A stretch of 64,000 nucleotides of DNA from Utricularia gibba (GCA_002189035.1 CM007989.1:3720001-3784000); one strand, 5' to 3'; counted from the stretch's first letter, positions 25,223-37,717 are shown. Made by a program: numbers and translations. Notes: generated by a model from the letters alone, not told the origin.

Positions 25223-25789
25223 AATAATTGAGGGGAGGGGACGTCTCCTCGAGCTCTCTAGTATCAGGAACTTTAGTTGCAGAGGGGCAAAGCCCATAAT
25301 GCCCCTATGTAGTTCGGTGGCGAATGATTAACCAGAGTCCCCACGGGTTCGTGGTGCACATCCACTGTTTTCAAACCTGTGGGGGCCATGGTCGGATCAG
25401 AGATGACACATCCAACACATTGCTTCAAGCTATGGATGGTGTTGTGTTTTCATTTCTTTTTCTTCCCTTTTGCAAATCCCTATAAAGAAGCATCCCAACT
25501 TTAAACCACACATTGTTGATACAGTGGATTCTTTGTCTAACTTCATCAGGTCTTGTGTATGATGGTGTTTAGTAGTTGAACCCTAATTATACATCTTACC
25601 AGAAGAGCAGTCCCTTGTCCAAATGGGAAAGGAAAATCTTGTCATTGGGTTGGTTCAACATGGACAGCACAAGAAGGTGATTTTGTAATGCTTATTACAT
25701 CTTGTCATATATTTCACTGCTGATGCAGAATGTGGAGCATCAAACCCTTTGATTCAAAGATTGGGATCATCATCAGACAAAACCATGGC

Positions 25790-25790
<1 letters not shown>

Positions 25791-25830
<40 letters not shown>
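25791..25830 (+). repeat. (TCTGGT)6 hexanucleotide repeat
   Basis: Read directly from the sequence. Confidence 0.9.
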
Positions 25831-26777
25831 CTCTGACTTTTAAGCATTCCCACTACTGACTTATTGACCTCCCGAGGACAGACCACATGGGGAATGAAAA
25901 CTGTGGAATTTTACTAAATACACACTGCAAACATGTTTTCTTAAGAAGATGTTAAAAAAGGGCAATTGCTTTCCTGAAAACATGCACACTCTTGCAACTT
26001 CCCTCTCATCTTGATTTCTTGGTGATACCGGTGGTGGCATCCAAGTGATGAAACAGTGGTGCAGTACAAGGGCTCTGCGGGAGTACAGAGACTGATGAGT
26101 TGGCTCAGTGTACCAGAAGCCTCTCAAGTAATTTCCATGCCGGGGGACAAACACACTCAGCAAGAGAAGAACTGAGAGATGGAGATGGGTAGTAATTCTT
26201 TTGTTTTTTAGAAAAAGATATGAGCAACTTGAATTATTAGAAGAAACAGTTCATGGCTATCAATTCACTTCCTCTGTGTGTCTGTCTGCATTTATTGTAT
26301 TGGCTTTTGTCCTTTGTACTCATTCCTCCTCCAAATTCCATCCACTAAAATGCTGTTTGCTGTTTCCCTCATCTCATCATTCCCATTCCTCCCCCTCCTC
26401 CTCAGTCTCCCCTTTTCTCCACTGGGAATTTGGTGCAGCTCTTCAAGTTAGGGCTTTTCCCTATTGGTTGCTTGCTGGCTTCTTTGTATCAGATTCTTCT
26501 TCCCACTGAAAAAGCTGCAGAGTGAGGTAGATTTTTATATTTCTTGTCGCTCCTGCTTCTCATTTAAGAGAAGCCAGCATTGTTCCTTCAATCTGGCCGA
26601 CAAATACGCTACAAATATAAATATACACGTGTGAATCTATCTGCATAAGCTTGCTTGTCTCCTTCTAGGGTTCATCATCCCCATGCACTTAACTGGATTT
26701 AGCTGGGATCTGTAATTTGGTAGTTCATACACTGAGCTAAGTGCGACTGTGTGTGTGTGGTGGATTTCAGAAGTACC

Positions 26778-27308
26778 ATGGCCACATCCAGTTCTTCATA
26801 CAATTCTCCATGTGCTGCCTGCAAGTTTCTCCGCCGGAAGTGTCTCCCGGATTGCATCTACGCGCCGTACTTTCCGCCGGAGGAGCCCCACAAGTTCGCC
26901 AACGTGCATAAGATCTTCGGTGCCGGCAACGTCTCCAAGCTGCTCAAGGAGCTGCTCCCCCACCAACGGGAGGACGCGGTGAGCTCACTCGCGTACGAAG
27001 CGGAGGCGCGTGTGAGAGACCCCGTCTACGGCTGCGTCGGCGCCATCACCTTCCTTCAGAAACAGGTCGAGCGTCTGCAGAAGGAGCTGGACGCCGCGAA
27101 CGCTGATCTGATTCGCTTAGCATGCAACGAGATCTCGGCCGCGGCGCCGGTGATCAACATGCAGGGAACCGGGTATTTCCGGTCGGTGGATTTGGGAAGA
27201 GCGAGGATCATGGGAGGTGATGGGGTGTTCTATCAAGGGCAATCTGGGTTTCCGGTGAACTATTCCTTCCCATGGAACGATAGTCATTACAATCCCGGAA
27301 GCTTCTGA
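26778..27308 (+). CDS. LOB: LOB-domain transcription factor, LOB/LBD25 subgroup; single coding exon
   Basis: MATSSSSYNSPCAACKFLRRKC...EEPHKFANVHKIFGAGNV...REDAVSSLAYEAEARVRDPVYGCVG...LQKELDAANADL. An acceptor at 26770 suggests a 5'UTR intron. Confidence 0.92.
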   Translation: MATSSSSYNSPCAACKFLRRKCLPDCIYAPYFPPEEPHKFANVHKIFGAGNVSKLLKELLPHQREDAVSSLAYEAEARVRDPVYGCVGAITFLQKQVERLQKELDAANADLIRLACNEISAAAPVINMQGTGYFRSVDLGRARIMGGDGVFYQGQSGFPVNYSFPWNDSHYNPGSF

Positions 27309-30184
27309 TGAGGTGAAAATGCATCCTTTTTTGCTTCTTCTAGGGTTCCGGTGCCGTTTTCATGGCACTCCCCTGCTTCTGTAATGCAATGTCAATGCTT
27401 CTGAGAATGGAGTCATTTGCTTTCTATCTTTTTCTCTGTATGTAACACTTGTTATTTAATCATGGAAGAATAATCAATTCCTGGTGCTAGTGCTAGTCCT
27501 AGAGCCTAAGTGACCTGTCTTCTTTCTCAGTTTTTTCTAGGGAAAAGTGAATATACTAATCCGTGTGACTGATTGGGAATGGGATCGAGCTGTTGGAATA
27601 ATCACTTACAGTAACTGCATTTGTCTCGGACGAAGAAAAAAAGAGTTCTGTTCATATTAGCTGACTGAGAATTGGGTGCTGGCTGGTTGATCAGATGAAC
27701 ACTCGCATTCCTCATCTTGCTGTTGTGCTTGTCTGAATCTGTCCTTGAGCTTGATTTGCATGAGATTGGTGAGATCTGAGACGACATCTGCTTCCATTTC
27801 GTGCCCCCAAATGCTTATCACCGAACAAGAAAGGGTTGGTGTGTGAAAAAAGCGAGCAAACAGAAGAAGTTGCAGCATGGTGAGTGCTTTTCCGGCATCT
27901 GTTTCTGGAACAAGTGATGGCAGGCAGTGTTAGGGTTTTTGGGTCAAGTGTTCAGCTGGCGAGAAGCTTAGAAACCGGACTCCAGGTTGAATAGAGAAGA
28001 GCAACCATTACATACATCGTGAATAAAAGGGGAAAGTACTAAAGAAACATGAAGTGTAATGCAATGTAGCAGGAAGGGGGGGATTCTCTTCTGCAGGCCT
28101 CTGCTGCTGTTGCTTTGCAATCATACAAGGAGGGTGAAATTTTGTTTTTATTACAAGTTACTGCCTTTCTTGTTTTATAAGAAAAATCTACACCAAGTTC
28201 AACACAATCCAAAAAGGATATTCTATAATAACAAGGATCTGTGTGTTCGATTCCATTCACCAAGATCGAGAGGGAAGAGACAAAGGCTACAATTCAAAAC
28301 ACCTTTGCCTTGCCCCATTCATATTCCCCCATCCCCCAAGAGTTCACCCGCTTCTGTACAAGTTACAAGAAAAAAAAAGACACCCACCACGTCTGTGTGC
28401 TGCTACAACCACATTGCACCAAGAGAAACCCCACTTTTCCTTAACTAAACAGCTAAAACCTCACAAGAATGCTACAGATATCCCATGATTGTTGTTGTAC
28501 ATTGGACTAATGGAGTGTTTGATGTTCCCATTGCCATGGTTTTTGATTAGGTTACTGTCTATCCAACTGGTATATACTCGTATTTTACAGAATGAGGAAG
28601 AAGACCATATGAAATTGCCGGGTGGAGTGATGGAAGGAACAAGTGGCCTGGCAGGGCAGTTGTGTGAACTGTGGAGGGGCAAGTGGCGTGAACGGACAGG
28701 CAGAGGGGGAGACAGACAGTGAGTTGAGTGAGTGACGTTAGGCCCTGCTCTTGCTGCTGATAACGTGCAAAACAAGCAAAACTAATAACAATAAACATTA
28801 ATGTACAGCACCACATGGCCTCTTGTTTCTTTCTCTGGGGCATATCATTGTGGCGGGGAGATGGTCTCTCTGGTTTCAGCTCTCCTTCCGGCACATCATT
28901 GGAATGAACTCAGGAAAACACGCACAATCTCATGTAATAACAGCCTCAACCTTCCTCGGCAAATCCAGTTTCAGACATGCACTCAGTTTTCTTTCCGGAG
29001 GGCACACTGAAACAAGACCAAGCAAAGCGGACACATTCAATGTTTACTGCTGCAACTTTCCATAAACTACATTGTGTTTAGAATACCTTGCAGGCTGCAG
29101 CTTCAATGAATCCACCCTAAGTTGTATGCACCAAGTTGATGAAGTGACTACACATTTGGGGCTTTAAAAAGGTCTTCAAATCGGGTGGCATGTGCATGTT
29201 TTTCTGAACCATTTGTCGAGGCCATGGCGATGACCCTCCAAAAATGAGAATGCAGCGACCTGCAAAAATTATTTCACACGAAATCTCCCTAAATGAAGAT
29301 GGCCCATTTTCTGCATCACTAGACACATCGCCATGCCTTTTTGTATCTTCACCACAAATCTTAAATGCCACTGTTATACATACGATGGTTAGAAAAGCCA
29401 ACAGCTCCCACGTCTAGTTTCTTCTCGTAACACACGCTACTTCCGACCTCATCCGCTGCTGAAAGCCCACACTGTTTGGGCCAACATTTCATGCAGTGTA
29501 AACACCAAAGTGGGAAGGTTATAGGTGTTAAAATTAAGTATATAATGAATAGAATGAGAATATGTGAAACTTAGATATACAATAAATATGAATTATATTA
29601 AAAAAATAAACTACAATCGATTAATAGTGATATTTAATATTTTATATATTTAAATATTTTAATTTCATTTCTCCATATAATATTATTTGTTCTAATACTT
29701 ACTTTTACATCGAATTGATGTTTTTGATCTGGTAAAAACTGTTTTTTATGTGATTGTGGGTAATAATTAGATTATATGTCGATTTAATTTTTATCATCTA
29801 ATTTAAATGTATCTTCTTATTTTTTTTAATCGACGATCAATTTTGCATCAAAAATAAAAATAAAATATTCAAATAATTAATATATTATAGATTATTATTA
29901 ATCAATTGATCTTAATATTTTTTATTATGATTCATATTTTTTATATAATTAAATTTCATACATATATTCGATACATCTAATCCTTAATTTTAAGTGTAGA
30001 AATCTCAATGGATGCTCATAAGATACAAACTCATTCCTGCACAAGGTTCTCTCTCAGTTGAAGGTTGTCCAGTCCCTTGTACAGTACCCCATTTTCCTAC
30101 AAGGGATAAATGGAGATACAAAGACAACAAATTTGAGTAGAATCTATACAACGCCCTGAGAAGGATGTAGTAGCTCTCTTGTGA

Positions 30185-32847
30185 TCATGTAATGGTGGAT
30201 AGCCTCTCTGTGAACTTGGCGAACACTTCATCAGTAGGCAGCATACTTATTCTCACATACTTCTGGCTCTCTCCGAAGTGCTTCCCACTTCTCGTCATAA
30301 TCTTGTGCTGCCGTAGAAAGCTCTCGCAGTCTTCAACGCCGCCGCGACACTCCAGCCACGCAAATGCTGCACCAGAAAGTTAGTTTCAGAAGCGGCTTTC
30401 TGTAATAGACGGAAAATTGGGTGAAGAGTGAATTCACTAACCTGGCTGTGATGGGAATGAGCGGCGTGCAAAAGTGCAGGTCCCCGTTGGGAATTCAGGC
30501 AAGCTGAAGAGTTCACTTTTCTCCACAACTGCTCTGAGTTGCCCCCATCTCTCTGACATGAGACCGTAGCTGTGGTCGAAGAAGGGATCGACTTCCTTGA
30601 AGCTACCCCGTTGCTCGTGAGTGTCACACAGGAGCTCTATTATCTTGGCTGCTCGAATCTGAGATTCCTTGGACACTCCTATGGTTGTTAAGACGATGAA
30701 CTCCGTCATCTTCTTTGCAATTTTAGGGTCCTTCACAAGAGCCCACCTGCAACAAAATGGGTGGGTAAAAAGCTAACACTTTGGCTGACTTGATCAAACG
30801 GAAAACTAGTTCCTGCTACCCGACTCGACTACCGGCGTGGCCGGTGCTCTTGGAGACGGTAAACAGCATGATATCATGATCGGCAGGGAGCTGATGGGAG
30901 TGTACTGCGGCCAATGGTAGGCAAGATCGTGAACAAGAATCCCCTGTCTTCCACAGACCACTGGTTCCCGTGTCGCTCCGTCGGGGTTGTTTGGAGATGT
31001 CACGAGCTCGATGTACATCTTATCGCCATGATTCTTGAATTCGTGTGCACATCCAGCCCACTTGTACACCCCAGACTTGACTACGTCGACGATCAACGGG
31101 TACGACTGCGATAAGCACACACGTCATTTACAGACGAAGATGAGTATGGTGACATGGGGCGAAGTTTCTCACAGAGTAAAATGGTGCAGCAGAAACCACA
31201 CTGATCGGCTCAGGTGCGTCCTGGGGGCTAAGGGCATAGAGTGCCGCCTGAATGAGGTGCGTGGAGCCGGTTCCGACGACGATGTGGTGGTTATCGGTGA
31301 TGGCATTGCCAACCAAGTTGTGCAACCGGGTAACTGCCCGTGCAAACTCCGGCTCCAGGAACCAGCAGATCCTTCCCACATCGGAAAAATAACTAATGAA
31401 CCTCCATCCTGGAATCAGCACCGCTGCTCTGTCCCCCATCTGCCTCCAGTACCTCTCGTACATCTTCGGATCACCACTGCATGCCATTAAAACAAGATGC
31501 TAGAGTTCAATGAGCACTGGTATTTCTTTTTCTAGAACACCTTAGGGGAAAAACAGCGCACACTTTTTGCTAGGGAGGATGAAATAACTGGAAAGGGAGG
31601 TGGGTGGCTGGGCTAGGTGGGATCAAATGATTAGACTTCGGACCACCCATTCGGCTTGGCGGGTCCACGAACCAAACACAGAAAACGGGGTTCAGCTCTG
31701 GTGCAGGACTCCGCACAAGCTGAAAACGCCAGCACCCAAAACACAAAATCTCAAGCTCCATCAGATTCGCTCACTGATCTCGACCTCGAATACTTGTACC
31801 CAGATGATGAACACAAGAAAAAAGTGAATCTTGATCCCGTTTGCTGTGCCGGGGACGCAGGCTGGGGAATTCCGAAGCTGGGATGCCCACCGAGTCGTCG
31901 CTTTCACCTTCTGACACAACGTCAACTGGTACGACTCCTGATGGGCCCCACCCTGAATCCTATACAGTCTAAAGTCCCCAACATGCACTTGTGGGACCCG
32001 CACGGACCGACTGACACAATTTTCACATTAATAAAAAAAAAAATGGCTCAACGAAGAAGAAATCTGAGAAAAAACCTTGAACCAAGCATTGTGGGTGGGT
32101 AAGTAAAACAAATGGCTGATGCGCCGCCTTCCTGTGGCCGCCAGTGGCTCGCTCTCAGGCAGATGGATGGATAGACTCATCCACCGGAACCACATTTGGC
32201 TCATAGCATGATGTTGCCCACGAATTTATTGCATGGTTATGGGGCTGTCTGGACAGAAAGCAGGCCGAGGACTTGCCCGGCGTTCACTGGTTTGCTAGCT
32301 TATGCAGAGGAGGAAAAAAGGAAGGGGAGGCTGAGAAGACAGGGTACGGGCGGGCACACTTGTCTATTTCTCAGACTTCGACAGCGGGGGAGATGGTGGA
32401 TTTCTCTGTCAAATCCACCTCAAGATTGTGCTTTTGCAGCTCATGTTCCTCCCACCAACACACAATAACAGTAAATTATGAACTATTTCTTCTCTAAAAC
32501 TCTACGAGGCATTCTTTTTGATCAGTTCTTTCGCGTTTCTAGTAGAAGTATTCGTGTAGCTCGATCAACAGGGGACCCCAGAAGGAGAATTATTATTCAT
32601 GCGTGCATAGAATGGATTAGAAGGAGAAGAGGGTAAAACTAACTTACTGATCGAGATCGATAACCTCTTCACCGGCGGCTTCTGCTGCTAAATCAGATGA
32701 TACGGCTTCAGCCTGAAGGAGAGTGGAAGGGCGTTGGGAACAATTTTTGTTCTTCCCGACGCAGTAGTACTCTCTGTACAAGAACCCCACATTCACCGCG
32801 ACAGAAATCACTAGAAAATGGCACAGAATCAGAACCTTCGGCTCCAT
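30185..32847 (-). CDS. TAR2: Tryptophan aminotransferase-related protein with N-terminal TM (TAR2-like); 5 exons; -1 frameshift at 30886-30888, probably an error
   Basis: IDLDH|[50 protein letters not shown], (after frame fix) [21 protein letters not shown]|[27 protein letters not shown]. Confidence 0.9.
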
Positions 32848-33631
32848 ACAAACACCACACAGCCGAGAGCTTAGGGGAAGAGGGAATGATTTTGAAAACC
32901 CAGAAAGAGAGCTGCAGCAGAGATGAGGTTATCGTTTCATGCACTAAAGTGAAGGAAGGAATCCGGGGGAAAATCCCGTTCCTGATCCTGAAGGTGCACG
33001 AGGAAAAGCTGCCTCCTGCAGGGCTTTGGATTAAAGTGCCAACCCAGTTTGTTTTCTTGTATATATAATATAAATCCTTGCAGGCACTCCAGCCACCGCA
33101 TCCCCAGATCAGCCCTAGCGAAGCTGCGCAATGCTTGAGTTGACGGCCGGACAAATTAACAGGAAGCTAAATAGAAAGATGACAACCCCCTCTTTTTCTT
33201 TCCGTACACTATATTTTGATTTAGGTTTTATTTAATTAAAACTAATTTTGGAAAATTTATTATAAGAAAATAGAATTTTTTTTATTTATATTTTTTAAAA
33301 AATATATTTCTAAATTTCTAATTTTTTAATTACAATAATTTAATTTTTCAATAAAATAGAATTTCTTAATATATGCAACGACTGGGTCAACCCGAGTCCC
33401 AAAAATGGGCTTCTTCTTTGGGTCAATGGGCTTTCTTTGGAGGAGTGGACCGGTAAAATTAGGTCTATTGGCGGAGTGATCAGGGGACCCGGATTTTTTA
33501 CCCGCTTTTTTCGAAAGCGGTGGGGGGATGCAGAACGGAAAGTGGGATTCCTGCCTTGTGTTCGGTGAAATGCTTCGGTCTCGTAAGTCCGTCTTGTTCG
33601 TCTTACTCTAAACCGGCTTCGCGGTATAGCC

Positions 33632-35003
33632 ATGCCTTCCTCCGAGGGGATTTTTCGTGCATCGGCGAGCATTCGAAGGAGCATTGAGGATGGAATCTCG
33701 AGCCTCGTGAACCAGGGGATGGATATGATGGGAATGGGTGGAAGAAGATCACTGAATCAGCCGCATGATTTTGGTTTTCAGCCGGCTTTGGGGATTCCTA
33801 TCCAGTATCCAGTGGGCTTTTCTCCCCCTGCGATTCAACATGACTGGGCTTTTCTGTCTTTGTTTGAACAGGAATACGGCACGCTTCACCCCTTCTTCTA
33901 TGTGTGCCCGTTCGCGGATGTCATGCGGATTGCTGAAGAAGAGAAGAAGCTATTGTTTATGTATATCCATTCGCCAGAACACCCTTTTAGTCGCACTTTC
34001 TCTAGAGACGCTCTTTGTTCCGAAATTGTTGTGGAGTATCTTGATGCGAATTTTGTTAGCTGGGGTGGGCTTGCGAGCAGAGGCGAATGCTCGGTCTTGG
34101 CTGCGGCACTAAAAGTTTGTCATTTCCCCTTTTGCGCTGTTGTTTCTCCTTCTCCTTCAGATGATCTTGCTGTTATCCGTAAGGTGCGCAGAAATCGTGT
34201 CTTTTATTCTCAGTGGATAAGTCAGTTGTCTTAAGATCATAAGTTTGTGTAGTTTTCAAGAGGAAATCATTATTTCTCCCTTCTTTTTTTCGCTTGCAGA
34301 TAGAGGGTCCGGTTTCCGCAGATGAGCTTATCGAAATTTTACAAACAACTATTGATGATCAAGGTCAACAACTTGGCGCTGAGAACGCTGAGCAGGAGGA
34401 GAATAGACGATTAAGAGAAGAACAAAATGCTGCCTTTTTAGAAGCTCTCAGGATTGATCAGGTTTGTCTCATTGTATGTTGTTCTCACAAATTGTCAGGC
34501 TTGATATTCTTGGAGCTTGCAGCATCCCACAATGGCCTTGTCTGTGTTGCAATCCAGGACAAGGAAACGAACGAGAACACATCACATTTGGCAGATGAAG
34601 TTCCGAATGGGAAGCCGACTAATGCTCAAACCGATAACCTTAAACCGGTTGGAACTTGTAGCACAGACCCTTCATTGGAAGCAACCAAAACAGATGAAGT
34701 GACTCAAGTATAGGCTTCTTTTCCCTTCATCCTTTCTCAAGCATATGCTTGGGCTTACTTTTGATCTTGTTCCAAGATTCTGATCCGGTTCCCGAATGGG
34801 GAGAGGCGAGAGCACTGCTTCTCAAGCTCAGACGAGGTTCGAGAAATCTACAGGTTCATCGACTCTCAGGGACACCCGGAGTTGCAAACTACAGGTTAGT
34901 ATCAACTTTCCCCAGGAAAGTGTATGGAGATGCCCAAATGGGAATCAGCCTCAAAGAAGCTGGTCTTCACCCGAAAGCTAGCGTCTTCTTGGAGATTACC
35001 TGA
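33632..35003 (+). CDS. UAS + coiled-coil + UBX protein (PUX10/FAF2-like); 4 exons; -1 frameshift at 34869-34871
   Basis: FEQEYGTLHPFFY...KLLFMYIHSPEH...NFVSWG (UAS), RRLREEQNAAF, ILIRFPNGERR...YRLVSTFPRKVY...SLKEAGLHP (UBX). Confidence 0.88.
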
Positions 35004-35231
35004 CTGATACCTTGTAAATGGATTTGATGGCGCTGTCTGTTGAACAGATTTATGTAGCTATCAGACGACGTGATTAACTTGTTAATTAGTTGCGTAATTA
35101 AATTGTTAATTATGTGGTTAAGAAGGTGCCTATCGCAATCAACCGTTTGATGAAGCAACCAGACGAAGTAGGAAATATGGATGGTCGGTAATCGGTTATC
35201 CTTCGCGGTCGCGTCCGAGGTGTTCGTCAAT

Positions 35232-36637
35232 ATGGCGCAGTGCTTGGGACGCTGGCCGGCGATAGGTCACCGTCCCAGAGCGATTCCCGTTCGGTCTGGA
35301 AAACCCACCCGAAGCTTGAAGCTCGGAATTCACGGCTGCTATGCCCCGCTGGAGAATGCTCAAAAGGTTTGCGGTTCTGTTTCGTGTTCCTTTGTCCTCT
35401 TCAGCGATTTGTCTTTTCGCAGTTTTTTTTCGAGTTGGGGATTGGCGAATGGGAGCTAAATGACCTCCTTTTGCACTTTTTGTTGCAATGGTGGTTTCTT
35501 TTACTGAGCAATGGGTTTAATATTCAAGGTGCGACTAGTGGCAGAAGTCAAAACGAGACTCGAGAAAGAATACAGTGGTCTCCCTTTGGGCAAACATGGA
35601 AGGGATGATGAAGAAATGATATTTTGGTTTCTGAAGGATAGAAGGTTTTCGGTAGAAGAGACTGTCTTCAAACTAAGCAAAGCCATTGTAAGTATGATAC
35701 TTATTCTCTCGTTCGTGCTCCTAGATTTCAGTTTTTTGCTTTTTCCGTTTGTAGGCATGGCGCCAGGAATTTGGAGTATCAAACTTAACTGAAGAATCTG
35801 TCAATAGGGCGGCTGAAACTGGAAAAGCTTATGTACATCAATATCTTGACATACAGAACAGACCAGTGCTTGTTGTCACAGTAGCTAAGCATTTTCCTGG
35901 GGTAATTTTCATCTTTTGGGGTCATCAATTTGGGTGGAGGTAAATTGTTAAATCTTGGGTGACACATTGAGTCCATGGAAACAGGAGGTTGAAGTTCGTG
36001 AAGACGAGAAGCTGTGCACATTCTTGATCGAGAAAGCACTGAGCAGACTCCCGTCTGGGAAGGAGGAAATTCTTGTTCTGATTGACCTGCGGGGTTTTAA
36101 GCTGGAAAATGCTGATATTAAGTTCACTTCATTTGTGGTAATCATCATGCTTCGTTGCTTTATGAAACTAGTGATTCATCGAGTCATTTTTTGCATTTTT
36201 CTTTCCAGTTCGATGCATTCTATTACTATTATCCACGGCGGTTAGGTGAAGTCTTGTTTGTGGATGCTCCGTTTATATTCAAGCCTGTTTGGCAGTTTAT
36301 CAAGCCTTTGTTAAGATCCTATGCCTCTCTGGTGAGCATTGCCTTTTCCATTCTCAGACATACTACTGTCTTCATCTCAGGCCTTGTTCTGTTACAGCCG
36401 TTCATTCACTTGAGTGAATTCTGAGAAGGCAGTTCTGAAACAGAACAAGGCCTTGTATTTGAGTTGTGGAGTTAGGCTACTTAGAACCACCATTGCAATA
36501 AAACTCTGCATCTACAAAAGCCATGTGTGATATGGAATTGCATTTGTATTTCTTATTTTTTACAGGCAAAGTTTTGCTCAGCACAAGATGTGAAAGAGAA
36601 GTATTTTACAAGGCAAACGACTCCTCCCGGCTTTTGA
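35232..36637 (+). CDS. SEC14/CRAL-TRIO lipid-binding protein with likely plastid transit peptide; 6 exons (an in-frame upstream ATG exists at 35181)
   Basis: [64 protein letters not shown]. Junctions are in frame. Confidence 0.88.
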
Positions 36638-36945
36638 CAGTGGTACACTTGGAAGATAACATACTTCCTTTTTATCTGCTACGAGCACTGGATATGAAAC
36701 AGATGACTGATTGTAAGTAGGAGAATACTATGCAACGTTATATAAACAATAAACCTGATTAATATTCCTGTGCTTTAACAGTTCTTTTTATTTGTATTGA
36801 AAACACATGTTTTGTCAACTCGAGCAAATGAATAACGGAGTAGAAGGCTCCAGTATAGCTTCCTGATAACAATCTGAAGTATCCTGATAATATTTTAGAG
36901 CATCTTGATAATCCACCCCGATCAGCCATAACCTTGTAATATGTG

Positions 36946-37145
36946 TGGCGATAACGAGCATCTCAGCAGGGGTTCACAGCATTCACCAGTGTGTGCAGAG
37001 GCAGCGGCAGGGGAGGACAGCAGCAGAAGATTCAGATGATTCTTGATGGCGATAACGAGCATCTCCCTCAGAGGCCATAGCAATCACTTCCTACTTCCTT
37101 GCAGTGGCATGGGACGGCAGCAGCAGTAGCAGTAGCAGATGATTC
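36946..37145. repeat. Degenerate tandem duplication, about 101-bp period
   Basis: TGGCGATAACGAGCATCTC at 36946 and 37047. CAGATGATTC at 37033 and 37136. Confidence 0.75.
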
Positions 37146-37502
37146 TTCTTCTTCTTCATCAAGGAGGCTTGGCTTGGCAGAAGGGCAGTTGTGAAGAGTG
37201 TTTCCCATCTTTGAAATGAGGCCCTTGTTCATGGTGGAAGGTTGCTTCCTCAGTGCTTGATTGATAGATAGGTGTACTGTAGATATCGAGTTTCCGGAAC
37301 CAGATACCTCGTCAATGATCAATCTTAGGATTGGGCTGGACAGCCCATCACGTGGTCTTTTTAGGATTGGGCTCATGAACTTCCGAGAATAGTCTCTGAA
37401 TTTACTATTCCTATCGAATCCAACGGTTCGGAATCGGAGGATGTTCCTCGCGGCATCAGATTGCTGACTCAAATTTCGCGCAGTTTCTACTGGTGCATGC
37501 AT
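37068..37502 (-). CDS. Orphan 144-aa ORF, unknown function
   Basis: ATG-initiated open frame in an otherwise gene-free gap. No family recognised. Confidence 0.3.
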   Translation of the reverse strand: MHAPVETARNLSQQSDAARNILRFRTVGFDRNSKFRDYSRKFMSPILKRPRDGLSSPILRLIIDEVSGSGNSISTVHLSINQALRKQPSTMNKGLISKMGNTLHNCPSAKPSLLDEEEEESSATATAAAVPCHCKEVGSDCYGL

Positions 37503-37717
37503 TGTGGATTGGAAGATGATATGAATGTGGAGATTGGGGGAACTATCTTCCTGTTATGTTATCTCTGTGTCCAGCTGCAAAAGATGTTCATTGCTGCCGT
37601 AAAGTTGTGATCTTTTTTTGTTTTTTTTCACTAGTCTAGACTTCCGATCAAGTAATCATGCTACTCCTTGGACCATTCCTTTCTGGGTTGATCCTCTGAT
37701 TTGAGTCGAAAGGAGAA

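Noticed and set aside
29050-29259. Apparent spliced minus-strand exon
   Set aside because: The implied intron is only 37 nt and all frames stop quickly.
4461-32847. Possible alkaloid or indole biosynthetic gene cluster (CYP71A x2 + copper amine oxidase + Trp aminotransferase)
   Set aside because: The genes are interleaved with RPL19, Di19 and LOB. CuAO-zeta and TAR2 are ordinary conserved genes, one P450 is dead, and there is no pathway logic or co-expression evidence.
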